DNA of 64,000 bases. Source: an uncultured Candidatus Saccharibacteria bacterium. Its GTDB lineage: Bacteria; Patescibacteriota; Minisyncoccia; Minisyncoccales; GWA2-38-27. The notes beneath the pieces are model-generated. The model was not told where the DNA came from, ran no database searches, and was given only the letters and a program-made list of their open reading frames with translations. The stretch is taken from the NCBI GenBank assembly GCA_964509645.1, contig CAZDXV010000002.1, positions 1,934 through 65,933 on the forward strand, in the 5' to 3' direction. Numbering within the stretch: the stretch's first letter is position 1; each line of letters opens with the position of its first letter. This document shows positions 36,633-44,672 of this stretch, piece after piece. The position numbers and the translations under genes are program-made.

Positions 36633-38618
36633 TTATTTTCTTACTTGCCATTGGACTTCTGACTCCAATGCCTTTATAATTTTATCCTGCATTTTGCTTA
36701 TCTCCTTGTTTTCTAAGGTCCTATCTTTTGCTTGGTATATAATGTGAAAAGCTAGATTCTTTTTTCCTCCCGGAAGGCCTTCTTCTTCATAAATATCGAA
36801 AAGATCAACATCTCTCACCAAAGACCCCCCCGTTTTATTAATTATATTCATAACATCCTCCACTTTTACTCCCAAGGGAACTAAAACCGCAACATCTCTT
36901 ACGGCCGAAGGATAGCGGGAAATAGGCTGATATTCTTGCTCCTCTGAGGCTATCTTCTGTAATTTTTCAAAATCAATTTCAAAAGCTACAACCTTTCTAT
37001 CTATCTTCATCTTCCTTAAGACATCAGAGGATATTTCCCCCAGAAAACCTATCTCTTCAGAGCCAACTTTGATTTCGGCGCCTCTTCTCTTCTCCCAAAG
37101 ACTCTTTTCTTCTGGAGTAGCCTTAAAATCGTCATACCATATTTCGCTAATCCCCATCCTCTCTAAAAGCTCGTCTGATATTCCTTTAAGGGAATAAAAG
37201 TCCATTTTGTCGGAAAAAACAAAAAGCATCTTTTTTTCTTTTTTTAAAAACACCTTTCCTAATTCAAAAATATTAATTTCCTGAAAATTATTCGCATTTT
37301 CCTTGATGTTTTTCAAAAGGTTAGGCGCTAAGCTGGGCCTTAAATATTCCTGGTCAGAGCTTAAGGGGTTATCAAGAGCTTTTAAGCTGCCTTTTTTATA
37401 ATTAAAGTCCTCTGCTTGTTTTTTAGATATAAAAGAATAATTATATATTTCGGAGAACCTCATCTCTTTTAAGTTGTCTTTAACAAAGTTCTCCCAAAAA
37501 ATAGAGAAATTCTTTTGAGGAGGAACAAGAGCCGCTGAAGGAAAAACAGCCGGTATATTTTCAAAACCGTAGATTCTCCCCGCTTCTTCTGCCAGATCTT
37601 CTTCTATTGAGATGTCCAGCCTAAAAGTAGGAATTCTGACTTTTTTGCCAAGAACTTCAAACCCCAGTCTTTTAAAGATGCTGTCTATCTCTTTGTCTTT
37701 AATATCAATACCTAAAAGTTTTCTTAAATAGTCCTTGTTAAGCTTTACTGTTTTTGGGGTTCTCTTTTTAGGATAGCAATCTATTAAACCGGAGGCGTCT
37801 TTTCCGTTGGCTTCTTTTTCCACTAGAAAAGCTGCTCTATTTATGGCTTTTTCTGTTAGATTGGGATCAATTTCGTTCTCAAACCTCCAGGAAGCATCAG
37901 TTTTAAGATCAAGTTTTCGGGAGGTCTTCCTTATTAAAGAATATTTAAAGTTAGCAGATTCCAGAATTATTGTTTTGGTGTCTTTTTCTATCTCGGCTTT
38001 CTTCCCTCCCTTTATTCCAGCTACAGCCAAAGGGCTTTTATTGTCTGCTATAACTAAAATATCCTTGCTCAGTTTGTATTTGTTACCATCTAAGCTTACA
38101 ATCTCTTCTCCTTCTTTTGCTCTTCTTACTATAATTTTCTCTGAAACCTTCTCGTAATCAAAGGCATGAAGAGGTTGACCTGTTTCAAGCATGACATAGT
38201 TTGCAATGTCCACTATATTGTTAATTGGCTGAAGACCGCAGGCCTCAAGCCTGTCTTTAATCCATTTTGGGGAAGGCCCCACTTTGACACCTTCCATAAC
38301 TCTTGCTGTATAGCGAGGGCAGTTTTTTTTATCTTTGACTTCAACTTTTAAAAGGTTCTTTTTTCCATTCTTTATCTTGCTCTCCGGTTTCTTCATCTTT
38401 TTGCTTAAGATAGCCGATATCTCTCGGGCCACTCCCTCATGAGAAAGGCAGTCTGAAGATCTATTGGAAAGAATATCAATATCAAGAAGAAAATCTCCTT
38501 TTTTCTTTTTAATGCCTTCTACCTCAAAGCTGTGCATAGTTAAAAGATCTGCCAGTTTTTCAGGTTTTAAAATTCTATTTTCAAAAAAAGATTGTAGCCA
38601 GTTATAGGAAAAAATCAT
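36633..38618 (-). CDS. pheT: Phenylalanyl-tRNA synthetase beta subunit lacking the N-terminal OB (B2) tRNA-binding domain
   Basis: MIFSYNWLQSF start leads directly to DIDILSNRSSDCLSHEGVAREI. B3/4, B5 and FDX-ACB-like regions are present. Confidence 0.9.
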   Translation of the reverse strand: MIFSYNWLQSFFENRILKPEKLADLLTMHSFEVEGIKKKKGDFLLDIDILSNRSSDCLSHEGVAREISAILSKKMKKPESKIKNGKKNLLKVEVKDKKNCPRYTARVMEGVKVGPSPKWIKDRLEACGLQPINNIVDIANYVMLETGQPLHAFDYEKVSEKIIVRRAKEGEEIVSLDGNKYKLSKDILVIADNKSPLAVAGIKGGKKAEIEKDTKTIILESANFKYSLIRKTSRKLDLKTDASWRFENEIDPNLTEKAINRAAFLVEKEANGKDASGLIDCYPKKRTPKTVKLNKDYLRKLLGIDIKDKEIDSIFKRLGFEVLGKKVRIPTFRLDISIEEDLAEEAGRIYGFENIPAVFPSAALVPPQKNFSIFWENFVKDNLKEMRFSEIYNYSFISKKQAEDFNYKKGSLKALDNPLSSDQEYLRPSLAPNLLKNIKENANNFQEINIFELGKVFLKKEKKMLFVFSDKMDFYSLKGISDELLERMGISEIWYDDFKATPEEKSLWEKRRGAEIKVGSEEIGFLGEISSDVLRKMKIDRKVVAFEIDFEKLQKIASEEQEYQPISRYPSAVRDVAVLVPLGVKVEDVMNIINKTGGSLVRDVDLFDIYEEEGLPGGKKNLAFHIIYQAKDRTLENKEISKMQDKIIKALESEVQWQVRK

Positions 38619-38619
38619 A

Positions 38620-39636
38620 TTAAAACTGATTAATAAACCTTAAGTCGCCACTCCTAAAAAGCCTTACGTCTTCGATCTTGTATTTCATCATAGCCAGCCT
38701 ATCCATGCCTATGCCGAAAGCAAAACCCTGCCAGTTTTTAGGATTTATACCGGAAGCTTTTAATACGTTTGGATGAACCATGCCGGCCCCTATGAGTTCT
38801 ACCCAACCCGTTTGAGAACAGACACTGCATCCTTTTCCCTTGCAAACTAAACAGCTTATATCCACCTCAAAAGAGGGTTCGGTAAAAGGAAAAAAGCTCG
38901 GCCGTAGACGCACATTGACTTTCTTCTCAAAAAACCTGCCTAAAAACTCCCTTATAACAGCTCTGAAATTGGCGGCTGAAACATCTTTGCCGATCATTAA
39001 GCCCTCAACTTGATAAAACTGGAAATCATGGGAAGCGTCCGTAGCCTCATGCCTATATATCCTGCCTGGAACTATAATCCTAAGGGGAGGGTTGTTTTTC
39101 TCCATATAATGTATTTGGACAGGAGAGGTATGGGTTCTTAAAAGCTTTCCCTTTTTTAAATAAAAAGTGTCCCAAATATCCCGAGCAGGATGGTCTTTAG
39201 GTATGTTTAGAGCGTCAAAATTATAAAATTCGGTCTCCACTTCAGGACCTTCTATCGTGCCAAAACCCATAGTCTTAAAGATATCTTCGATTCTTCTCTT
39301 TACCAAAGTCAAAGGATGAAGATGGCCGGAATAAGGCCTCTTTCCCGGAATACTAATATCTAAACTTCCTTTTTTCTCTTCTCCTTTCTTAGACAAAAGA
39401 AAGTTCTTTTTAGATTCTATTTTTTTCTCTAAAAACTTTTTGGCCTCATTAGCTTTCTTTCCCGCTTTGACTCTTTCAGAAACAGAAACATCTTTAAGAG
39501 AGCGAAAAATCACAGAAAGTTTTCCCTTCTTGCCTAAATACTCTTTATAAGCCTCACTAAGCTCCTTTAGGTCAACGGATTTCTCTATCTTTTCTAGGGC
39601 TTTTTCCTTAATATTATCTATATCTTTTAACTCCAT
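38620..39636 (-). CDS. pheS: Phenylalanyl-tRNA synthetase alpha subunit
   Basis: HPLT, class II motifs RTHTSPVQ, FRHE, GAGMVHPNV and FAFGIGMDR. Confidence 0.95.
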   Translation of the reverse strand: MELKDIDNIKEKALEKIEKSVDLKELSEAYKEYLGKKGKLSVIFRSLKDVSVSERVKAGKKANEAKKFLEKKIESKKNFLLSKKGEEKKGSLDISIPGKRPYSGHLHPLTLVKRRIEDIFKTMGFGTIEGPEVETEFYNFDALNIPKDHPARDIWDTFYLKKGKLLRTHTSPVQIHYMEKNNPPLRIIVPGRIYRHEATDASHDFQFYQVEGLMIGKDVSAANFRAVIREFLGRFFEKKVNVRLRPSFFPFTEPSFEVDISCLVCKGKGCSVCSQTGWVELIGAGMVHPNVLKASGINPKNWQGFAFGIGMDRLAMMKYKIEDVRLFRSGDLRFINQF

Positions 39637-39688
39637 ATTATATCTATTTTACCTTAAAAAAGACCCGAAATCAACTGGGTATTTGGGG

Positions 39689-39718
39689 ATAAAAAAGCCA
39701 CCGTTTAGAGCGGTGGCT
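39689..39718 (-). terminator. Rho-independent terminator of the pyr cassette
   Basis: 8-bp stem agccaccg/cggtggct, 7-nt loop, T-run on the minus strand. Confidence 0.7.
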
Positions 39719-39725
39719 GGTTTGT

Positions 39726-40436
39726 TTAAGCTGTCAATTCGTTCCAGTGGGTTCTGGGTCTTAAGGCCTTAGAACCCTGAGCACAAAGAGGACAATCATT
39801 GGCCTCTACTGCCCAAACTGCTCTCTCTAAAAGAGAAACCACGCAAATCCCGTTTTCATAATGAACCGGGAGCTCTGGAGGACGATGAACAACAGAACCG
39901 ACAACAGGATGGAAAAAAACATTCGCCCTGTTGTCCTTTTTTATTGCCTCCCTCACTTTCATTGTCGTTCCAAGCGTAGTAATCAACTCCTCAATTTGGA
40001 GAATCCTAGAGCCTTCGGGAATTTGCCAATCCTTCCAGATCATCTTTTTAGGATCGCTGGGATCCTTTCTCGGGAATCCGTGGTTTGCGCCCAAGATTCT
40101 CGCAACCTCGTAAGAAAAAGCAATCGCAGAATAAGGCGAACCGACTACCCAGTCCACTCCTTCTGCAATCGTCGTTTCTAAATTATAAGCAAGTTGACGA
40201 GCAAAAAGACTGCTAATTTTAGTATCGCAAAGAACTCTCGGACAGTTAAAAAATCCATTGCTGTGCTTGCCTGAGGTAAGCTCGGCATGGGGTTTTTCAG
40301 AACTTCCATTGTGAAGCCATACGGCTCCGTATTCCTGGAAAACTTCTAGAATCTCCTCTTCTGTTAGGGGATCAGAGAGAATCTTTGAAGTATCATAGCT
40401 TAAGGCTATGATCTTGTCGACAAGAGCCCTTTTCAT
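39726..40436 (-). CDS. pyrE: Orotate phosphoribosyltransferase-like protein
   Basis: ELTSGKHSNGFFN (F-x-L-x-SG-x-x-S type) and PRPP loop ILQIEELITTLGTT. I prefer the start at MKRALV (40436), which has AAGGAG 8 nt upstream. Confidence 0.65.
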   Translation of the reverse strand: MKRALVDKIIALSYDTSKILSDPLTEEEILEVFQEYGAVWLHNGSSEKPHAELTSGKHSNGFFNCPRVLCDTKISSLFARQLAYNLETTIAEGVDWVVGSPYSAIAFSYEVARILGANHGFPRKDPSDPKKMIWKDWQIPEGSRILQIEELITTLGTTMKVREAIKKDNRANVFFHPVVGSVVHRPPELPVHYENGICVVSLLERAVWAVEANDCPLCAQGSKALRPRTHWNELTA

Positions 40437-40437
40437 C

Positions 40438-41208
40438 TTATTTCTCCTTTCTGACAGTTTTAGCAATTTCCTCGGCAATTTTCCTGGCAGCATCTTCCGA
40501 AGTACCGATCTCCGGCGGAGGTTGGCGAATAGGCCTGCCGATAATAATGTAATCAGCTCCTGCCTTCACAGCGTCAGCGGGAGTCATAATTCTTTGCTGA
40601 TCTCCCTTAGCCGCCCAAGAAGGACGAATTCCGGGAGTGGCCGTAAGAAGACTTTTATATCTCACCCTGCTCCTGATTAATTTAAGTTCCTGAGGAGAGC
40701 AGATAATTCCGTCGGCTCCAGCATCAAGAAGCATATCGGCAAACTGAAGCACCTTGGAACCAGGAGCAGCTCCGAAAATAGATTTACACGCTTCTTCGTC
40801 AAGAGAAGTCAAAACAGTTACTCCGAAAAGAAGGGAGCTACCCTTGTTTTCTACCGCTTTGACAATAGCCTCAACTCCGGCAGAAGCATGAAGATTCAGC
40901 ATCTTCAAACCCATTCTTTTCACCTGAGCCGTAGCTTTCCCGACAGTACTGGGAATATCATCAAACTTACCATCCCATAGAACATTTCCATCTAACAAGT
41001 AAAAAAGTCGGCGAATATTGAGAAAGTTATTCATCGCTGAGTCTCTCTTCTCTGGCGGACCAAGAGACGCTAACATAGCGGTAATAAACTCCAGTCCGAT
41101 CTTAAAACATCCCACTAACGGAAACAGTTTTTGAACTAAATCCATTGCTTTCTCCGGCGAATCAACATCAAGAGCGTGAATAATTTTTTGATGGGGTTTC
41201 AGTTCCAT
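40438..41208 (-). CDS. pyrF: Orotidine 5-prime-phosphate decarboxylase
   Basis: ALDV... and WDGKFDDIPSTV (DxKxxDIxxT). C-terminal IIIGRPI. Confidence 0.85.
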   Translation of the reverse strand: MELKPHQKIIHALDVDSPEKAMDLVQKLFPLVGCFKIGLEFITAMLASLGPPEKRDSAMNNFLNIRRLFYLLDGNVLWDGKFDDIPSTVGKATAQVKRMGLKMLNLHASAGVEAIVKAVENKGSSLLFGVTVLTSLDEEACKSIFGAAPGSKVLQFADMLLDAGADGIICSPQELKLIRSRVRYKSLLTATPGIRPSWAAKGDQQRIMTPADAVKAGADYIIIGRPIRQPPPEIGTSEDAARKIAEEIAKTVRKEK

Positions 41209-41209
41209 C

Positions 41210-42079
41210 TTACCTCTCCTTTCTCTTCTGTTTCATGTCTCTCCGAACAAATGCCGTAGGGCGCCAGGGATAAGGGATGAAGATAGAACCAAAGCTTATA
41301 GCTTTAGCTCCTAAATCCCTTAGTTCCTGAATATCCTCAAAGTCCCAAACGCTGGAACCTATCACCGGAATTGAAAACTTTGAAGAAAACATTTCAACAA
41401 AGTCCCAAGTAAAAGGAGAAGCCGCTTTTCCCGAAACTCCTCCGCCCCCTAAATGAGCCAGAGGGCTTTTTTTGCCGGGATAAACAATGTGCCAAGGCAC
41501 GCTGTTTATAGAAACAGCTTCTATTACCCCCTCTACCTCAGGAATAATTACCTCCACGTTATGAATAACAGAAAGCTTTAAGATCAATGGGAATCTGGAT
41601 GATTTCTCTGCTGCTTGACAGCACCGAACAATGGTTTCTGTATTTTCCAAAACTCCTTCTTTAGTATTGGGACAGGAAGCATTCAGCTCCATGCCGACCA
41701 AGTCAAAACGGTTTAAGGCCAAACACATCTTAAAGACTTCGTCCGGATCTTCGCAGAAGACAGATCCAACCAACGGTATCTCTCGAGAAACGGCAGGCCC
41801 TATTTCTCTGCACCACCATTCGTACCCTTTGTTTGTAAGGCCTACAGAGTTAACTGTTCCCTCTTTAATGAGGCGAACGCAGCCAAAAGGATTATACCAC
41901 CTTAAATTACCTTTTCTCGGCTCGTAAGTAAGCGTCTTTATTACAACCGTAAATAGCTTGGGATCAATCAGTTTCATCCATCTCAAAGGCCATTCCCAGA
42001 ACCAGCCCTTGCCGTCAAAAGCAAGAGCTCCAGAAGCCACCATGTAATCAAACTTGTGTTCGTTTGACAGCTTTATCAT
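41210..42079 (-). CDS. pyrD: Dihydroorotate dehydrogenase family 1-like protein
   Basis: KTLTYEPRKGN, NSVGLTNKG, MELNASCPNT, LILKLS and GGGGVSGKA motifs. Confidence 0.75.
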   Translation of the reverse strand: MIKLSNEHKFDYMVASGALAFDGKGWFWEWPLRWMKLIDPKLFTVVIKTLTYEPRKGNLRWYNPFGCVRLIKEGTVNSVGLTNKGYEWWCREIGPAVSREIPLVGSVFCEDPDEVFKMCLALNRFDLVGMELNASCPNTKEGVLENTETIVRCCQAAEKSSRFPLILKLSVIHNVEVIIPEVEGVIEAVSINSVPWHIVYPGKKSPLAHLGGGGVSGKAASPFTWDFVEMFSSKFSIPVIGSSVWDFEDIQELRDLGAKAISFGSIFIPYPWRPTAFVRRDMKQKRKER

Positions 42080-42115
42080 TCTTTTCTCCTTTTTTCAAAG
42101 AACCAAAGATCTTTT

Positions 42116-42143
42116 ATCCTACTATATTTATCCCCTCTGTCAA
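42116..42143 (-). promoter_or_regulatory. Candidate pyr cassette promoter TTGACA-16-TAGGAT, followed by a leader with AAGGAG
   Basis: Minus strand reads TTGACAgaggggataaatatagTAGGAT...aaaaaggagaaaagaATG. Confidence 0.4.
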
Positions 42144-42146
42144 CAC

Positions 42147-42175
42147 TTGATTTTATCTAAAAAATCAGTTAGTAT
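42147..42175 (+). promoter_or_regulatory. Candidate tRNA-cluster promoter TTGATT-17-TAGTAT
   Basis: The predicted start site falls about 7 nt downstream, at or near position 1 of the first tRNA. Confidence 0.4.
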
Positions 42176-42181
42176 ATTACT

Positions 42182-42252
42182 TGCGGGGTGGAGAAGTAGT
42201 ATCTCGCGAGGCCCATAACCTCGAGACGTCAGTGCAACTCTGGCCCCCGCAA
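42182..42252 (+). tRNA. Initiator-like tRNA-Met (anticodon CAT) with non-canonical C33, A18 and G55
   Basis: Closely parallels E. coli tRNA-fMet in the acceptor (xGCGGGG/CCCCGCA-A) and D-stem, including A11:U24. Anticodon loop CCCATAA, D-loop AGTAGTA, T-loop TGCAACT. Confidence 0.6.
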
Positions 42253-42266
42253 CAAATTAAGCCGTA

Positions 42267-42337
42267 GCCGGGGAGTAGAATGGCATCTAAAGCCGTCTCA
42301 TAAGCGGTTAAAGTGGGTTCGATTCCCGCCCCCGGCA
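42267..42337 (+). tRNA. tRNA with CAT anticodon (elongator Met or Ile2), compact and slightly irregular
   Basis: Acceptor GCCGGGG/CCCCGGC, D-loop ATGGCA, anticodon loop CTCATAA, T-arm GTGGG-TTCGATT-CCCGC. It has A at position 8 and one extra nucleotide at the D/anticodon junction. Confidence 0.65.
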
Positions 42338-42341
42338 CATT

Positions 42342-42415
42342 GCGGGCGTAGCTTAGCGGCTTAAAGCGCCGCCCTGTCACGGCGGAGACCGTGGGTTCAA
42401 ATCCCATCGCCCGCG
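42342..42415 (+). tRNA. tRNA-Asp (anticodon GTC)
   Basis: Canonical hand fold: GCGGGCG acceptor, D-loop AGCGGCTTA, anticodon loop CTGTCAC, T-loop TTCAAAT, discriminator G. Confidence 0.9.
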
Positions 42416-42420
42416 CAAAC

Positions 42421-42448
42421 AAAAAACACCTTTCAAGAGGTGTTTTTT
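42421..42448. terminator. Bidirectional terminator (tRNA cluster and gatCA operon)
   Basis: Stem aacacct/aggtgtt, 6-nt loop, with A-run and T-run flanks. Confidence 0.7.
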
Positions 42449-42454
42449 GGAAAG

Positions 42455-42964
42455 CTAAATAGCTTCTAGATCTCTAAGGGTTTCTTCGTAAATTTTAAGT
42501 ATTCTTTCAGTCTCTTCTCTATCCAAGCTGTAATCCAGATCATGAACCACCTTGTTCCTGGTTTGGTGAACTTCTTTTATGTCCTCCAGATTAGGAATAA
42601 CACCCTCCTCTGCGCCTTTTAAAATATCCCCTACTGTTTCCTGCTCATATCCTATATTTTGAAACACCTCCAGAAGAAGATTATCTGCATCAATTAAAGC
42701 CAGCTTAAGCTCAGATTCTTTTCCAGAATCCAAAAGCTTCATAATCTTATCCCATCTTTTTCCTGTCTCCTTTCTCTCAAAGGGCCTGTAGGAAAAGGCT
42801 TCTGTATAGTCTTCAAAATATCTATGCCTTAGCCAGCTATTTTTAGTTAAAAGGAAAAAAATCCAGGCAAAAAGATAAAAAGTCACTCCTAAGAAAACAA
42901 AGCGGATTATTTTGTAAAAAGCGTAGTTTTCTGGATTTATAAGAAACTGAAGGAAAGAATTCAT
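42455..42964 (-). CDS. Membrane-anchored small protein with HEPN-like RNxxxH motif (tentative)
   Basis: One TM helix, then a helical domain ending in HQTRNKVVHD (Rx4H). 4-nt overlap with gatA. Confidence 0.45.
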   Translation of the reverse strand: MNSFLQFLINPENYAFYKIIRFVFLGVTFYLFAWIFFLLTKNSWLRHRYFEDYTEAFSYRPFERKETGKRWDKIMKLLDSGKESELKLALIDADNLLLEVFQNIGYEQETVGDILKGAEEGVIPNLEDIKEVHQTRNKVVHDLDYSLDREETERILKIYEETLRDLEAI

Positions 42965-44364
42965 GAAAAAAGCTCTCCTATGTTTAAAATCTTGTTATCT
43001 TCAAAGGGCTGGCCTATTAACTGAAAACCTACGGGAAGACCGCTTTCTGACAGCCCTGCTGGAACAGAAACTGCAGGCAGCCCCACCAAAGAAGCCGGAG
43101 CTGTAAAAACATCGCATAAATACATGGAAAGAGGATCTGTAATCTTCTCCCCTATCTCAAAAGGAAGAACGGGCGAAACGGGAGACAAGATAACATCTAC
43201 TTCTTTGAAAGCCCTATTAAAATCCTCTATAATCAAAGTTCTTACTTTTTCAGCTTTTAAATAAAAAGCGTCGTAATACCCGGAAGAAAGAGCATAAGTG
43301 CCGAGCATAATCCTTCTTTTAACCTCGGGTCCAAAACCCTTGTCTCTGCTTTTTTTATAAACATCAAGAAGCTCTTCTCCTTTTTCCGATAATCCGTACT
43401 TTATACCGTCATATCTAGCTAGATTAGCCGAGGCTTCAGAAGTATTTATCAAGTAATAAGTGGGGATAGCATATTTTGTATTAGGAAGACTTATCTCTTT
43501 TATTTCAGCTCCCATCTTTTCATATCTCTTGGCAGCCTCCCTAACAATTCTTTCTACTTCCCTGTCTATTCCTTCTATAAAATACTCTTTGGGAACTCCT
43601 ATTTTAATCTTTTTAAGATCAACTTCAATCTTGTCTTTCCAGGAAAAGTTAATACTAGTAGAGTCCATTTTATCTTTTCCTCTTATCTCGTTGAAAACAA
43701 TTTCAGCATCCTCTGCTGTTTTAGCAATAGGGCCTATTTGATCCAGAGAAGAAGCAAAAGCTATCAACCCGTATCTTGAAACAGCTCCATAAGTAGGCTT
43801 TAAACCGGCTACCCCGCAAAAGGAAGAGGGCTGTCTTATAGATCCTCCCGTATCAGATCCTAAAGCATAAACTGCCATACCGGCAGCTACAGCCGCAGCA
43901 GATCCTCCGGAGCTGCCCCCGGGAACCATTTTTAGATTGTGGGGATTTTTTGTCGGGAAAAAAGCGGAGTTCTCGGTAGAGGCTCCCATGCCGAATTCAT
44001 CAAGATTGGTTTTCCCTAAAATAACAGCTCCGGAATCAATCAGCTTTTCTATAACCGCAGCATTGTAAGGAGCTGTATATTCTTCCAATATCTTAGATCC
44101 TGCAGTAGCTTTAATATCTTCTACTAAAATATTATCCTTTACTGCCATGGGAATACCGGCCAAAAGCGGAACATTCTCCCCAGAAGAAATAAGCTTATCT
44201 GCTTTTTCTGCCTGAGAGATAGCCAGTTCTTCTGTTACTGTAATAAAAGCTGAAATATCTTTATCTTTCTTTTTTATTGCATCTAAAAACTCTTTAGCTA
44301 AATCCTTAGCTGAAAATTCCTTTTCAAGAAGAGATTTATGTATTTTTCTAATGCTAAAATTCAT
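42961..44364 (-). CDS. gatA: Glu/Asp-tRNA amidotransferase subunit A
   Basis: Amidase signature GGSSGGSAAAVAAG and the GSDTGGSIRQP motif. Confidence 0.95.
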   Translation of the reverse strand: MNFSIRKIHKSLLEKEFSAKDLAKEFLDAIKKKDKDISAFITVTEELAISQAEKADKLISSGENVPLLAGIPMAVKDNILVEDIKATAGSKILEEYTAPYNAAVIEKLIDSGAVILGKTNLDEFGMGASTENSAFFPTKNPHNLKMVPGGSSGGSAAAVAAGMAVYALGSDTGGSIRQPSSFCGVAGLKPTYGAVSRYGLIAFASSLDQIGPIAKTAEDAEIVFNEIRGKDKMDSTSINFSWKDKIEVDLKKIKIGVPKEYFIEGIDREVERIVREAAKRYEKMGAEIKEISLPNTKYAIPTYYLINTSEASANLARYDGIKYGLSEKGEELLDVYKKSRDKGFGPEVKRRIMLGTYALSSGYYDAFYLKAEKVRTLIIEDFNRAFKEVDVILSPVSPVLPFEIGEKITDPLSMYLCDVFTAPASLVGLPAVSVPAGLSESGLPVGFQLIGQPFEDNKILNIGELFS

Positions 44365-44366
44365 AA

Positions 44367-44672
44367 TCAGCGCCCTAAAATACTTTTAACCTTAAGGTGC
44401 CCGTTCTCGGAATCAGGGAAAAGTTTCTTTATCTTCTCCACTCTTTTTATCTTCTCGGAGTCTGCTTTATCCTCTCTCATAATTTCAAGCTTCTTTTCAA
44501 AAAATCTCTCTAAAGGATGGAAGGTAGGTTCCACATCCGCCTTTACTCCATCTAGAGCATCAAAGTAATCTAAAATAGAAGAAAGCTCTTTTTGAAACTT
44601 CCCCACTTCTTCTTCAAGCAGTCCCAACCTGGCAAGCTCTGCTATATGTTTTACTTCTTTTTCTTCTATCAT
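44367..44672 (-). CDS. gatC: Glu/Asp-tRNA amidotransferase subunit C
   Basis: About 100 aa with VKHIAELARLGL. Lies upstream of gatA. Confidence 0.85.
   Translation of the reverse strand: MIEEKEVKHIAELARLGLLEEEVGKFQKELSSILDYFDALDGVKADVEPTFHPLERFFEKKLEIMREDKADSEKIKRVEKIKKLFPDSENGHLKVKSILGR

Noticed and set aside
39689-42143. Calling the pyr cassette a mobile element or genomic island with defined att sites
   Set aside because: I could find no integrase, transposase or flanking direct repeats. The cassette lies on the 5-prime side of the tRNA cluster rather than the 3-prime side. Only compositional and expression-signal differences support foreign origin.
42177-42422. 81-aa minus-strand ORF in the track
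   Set aside because: It lies entirely over three plus-strand tRNA genes. Its GC-rich open frame is a by-product of the tRNA sequences.
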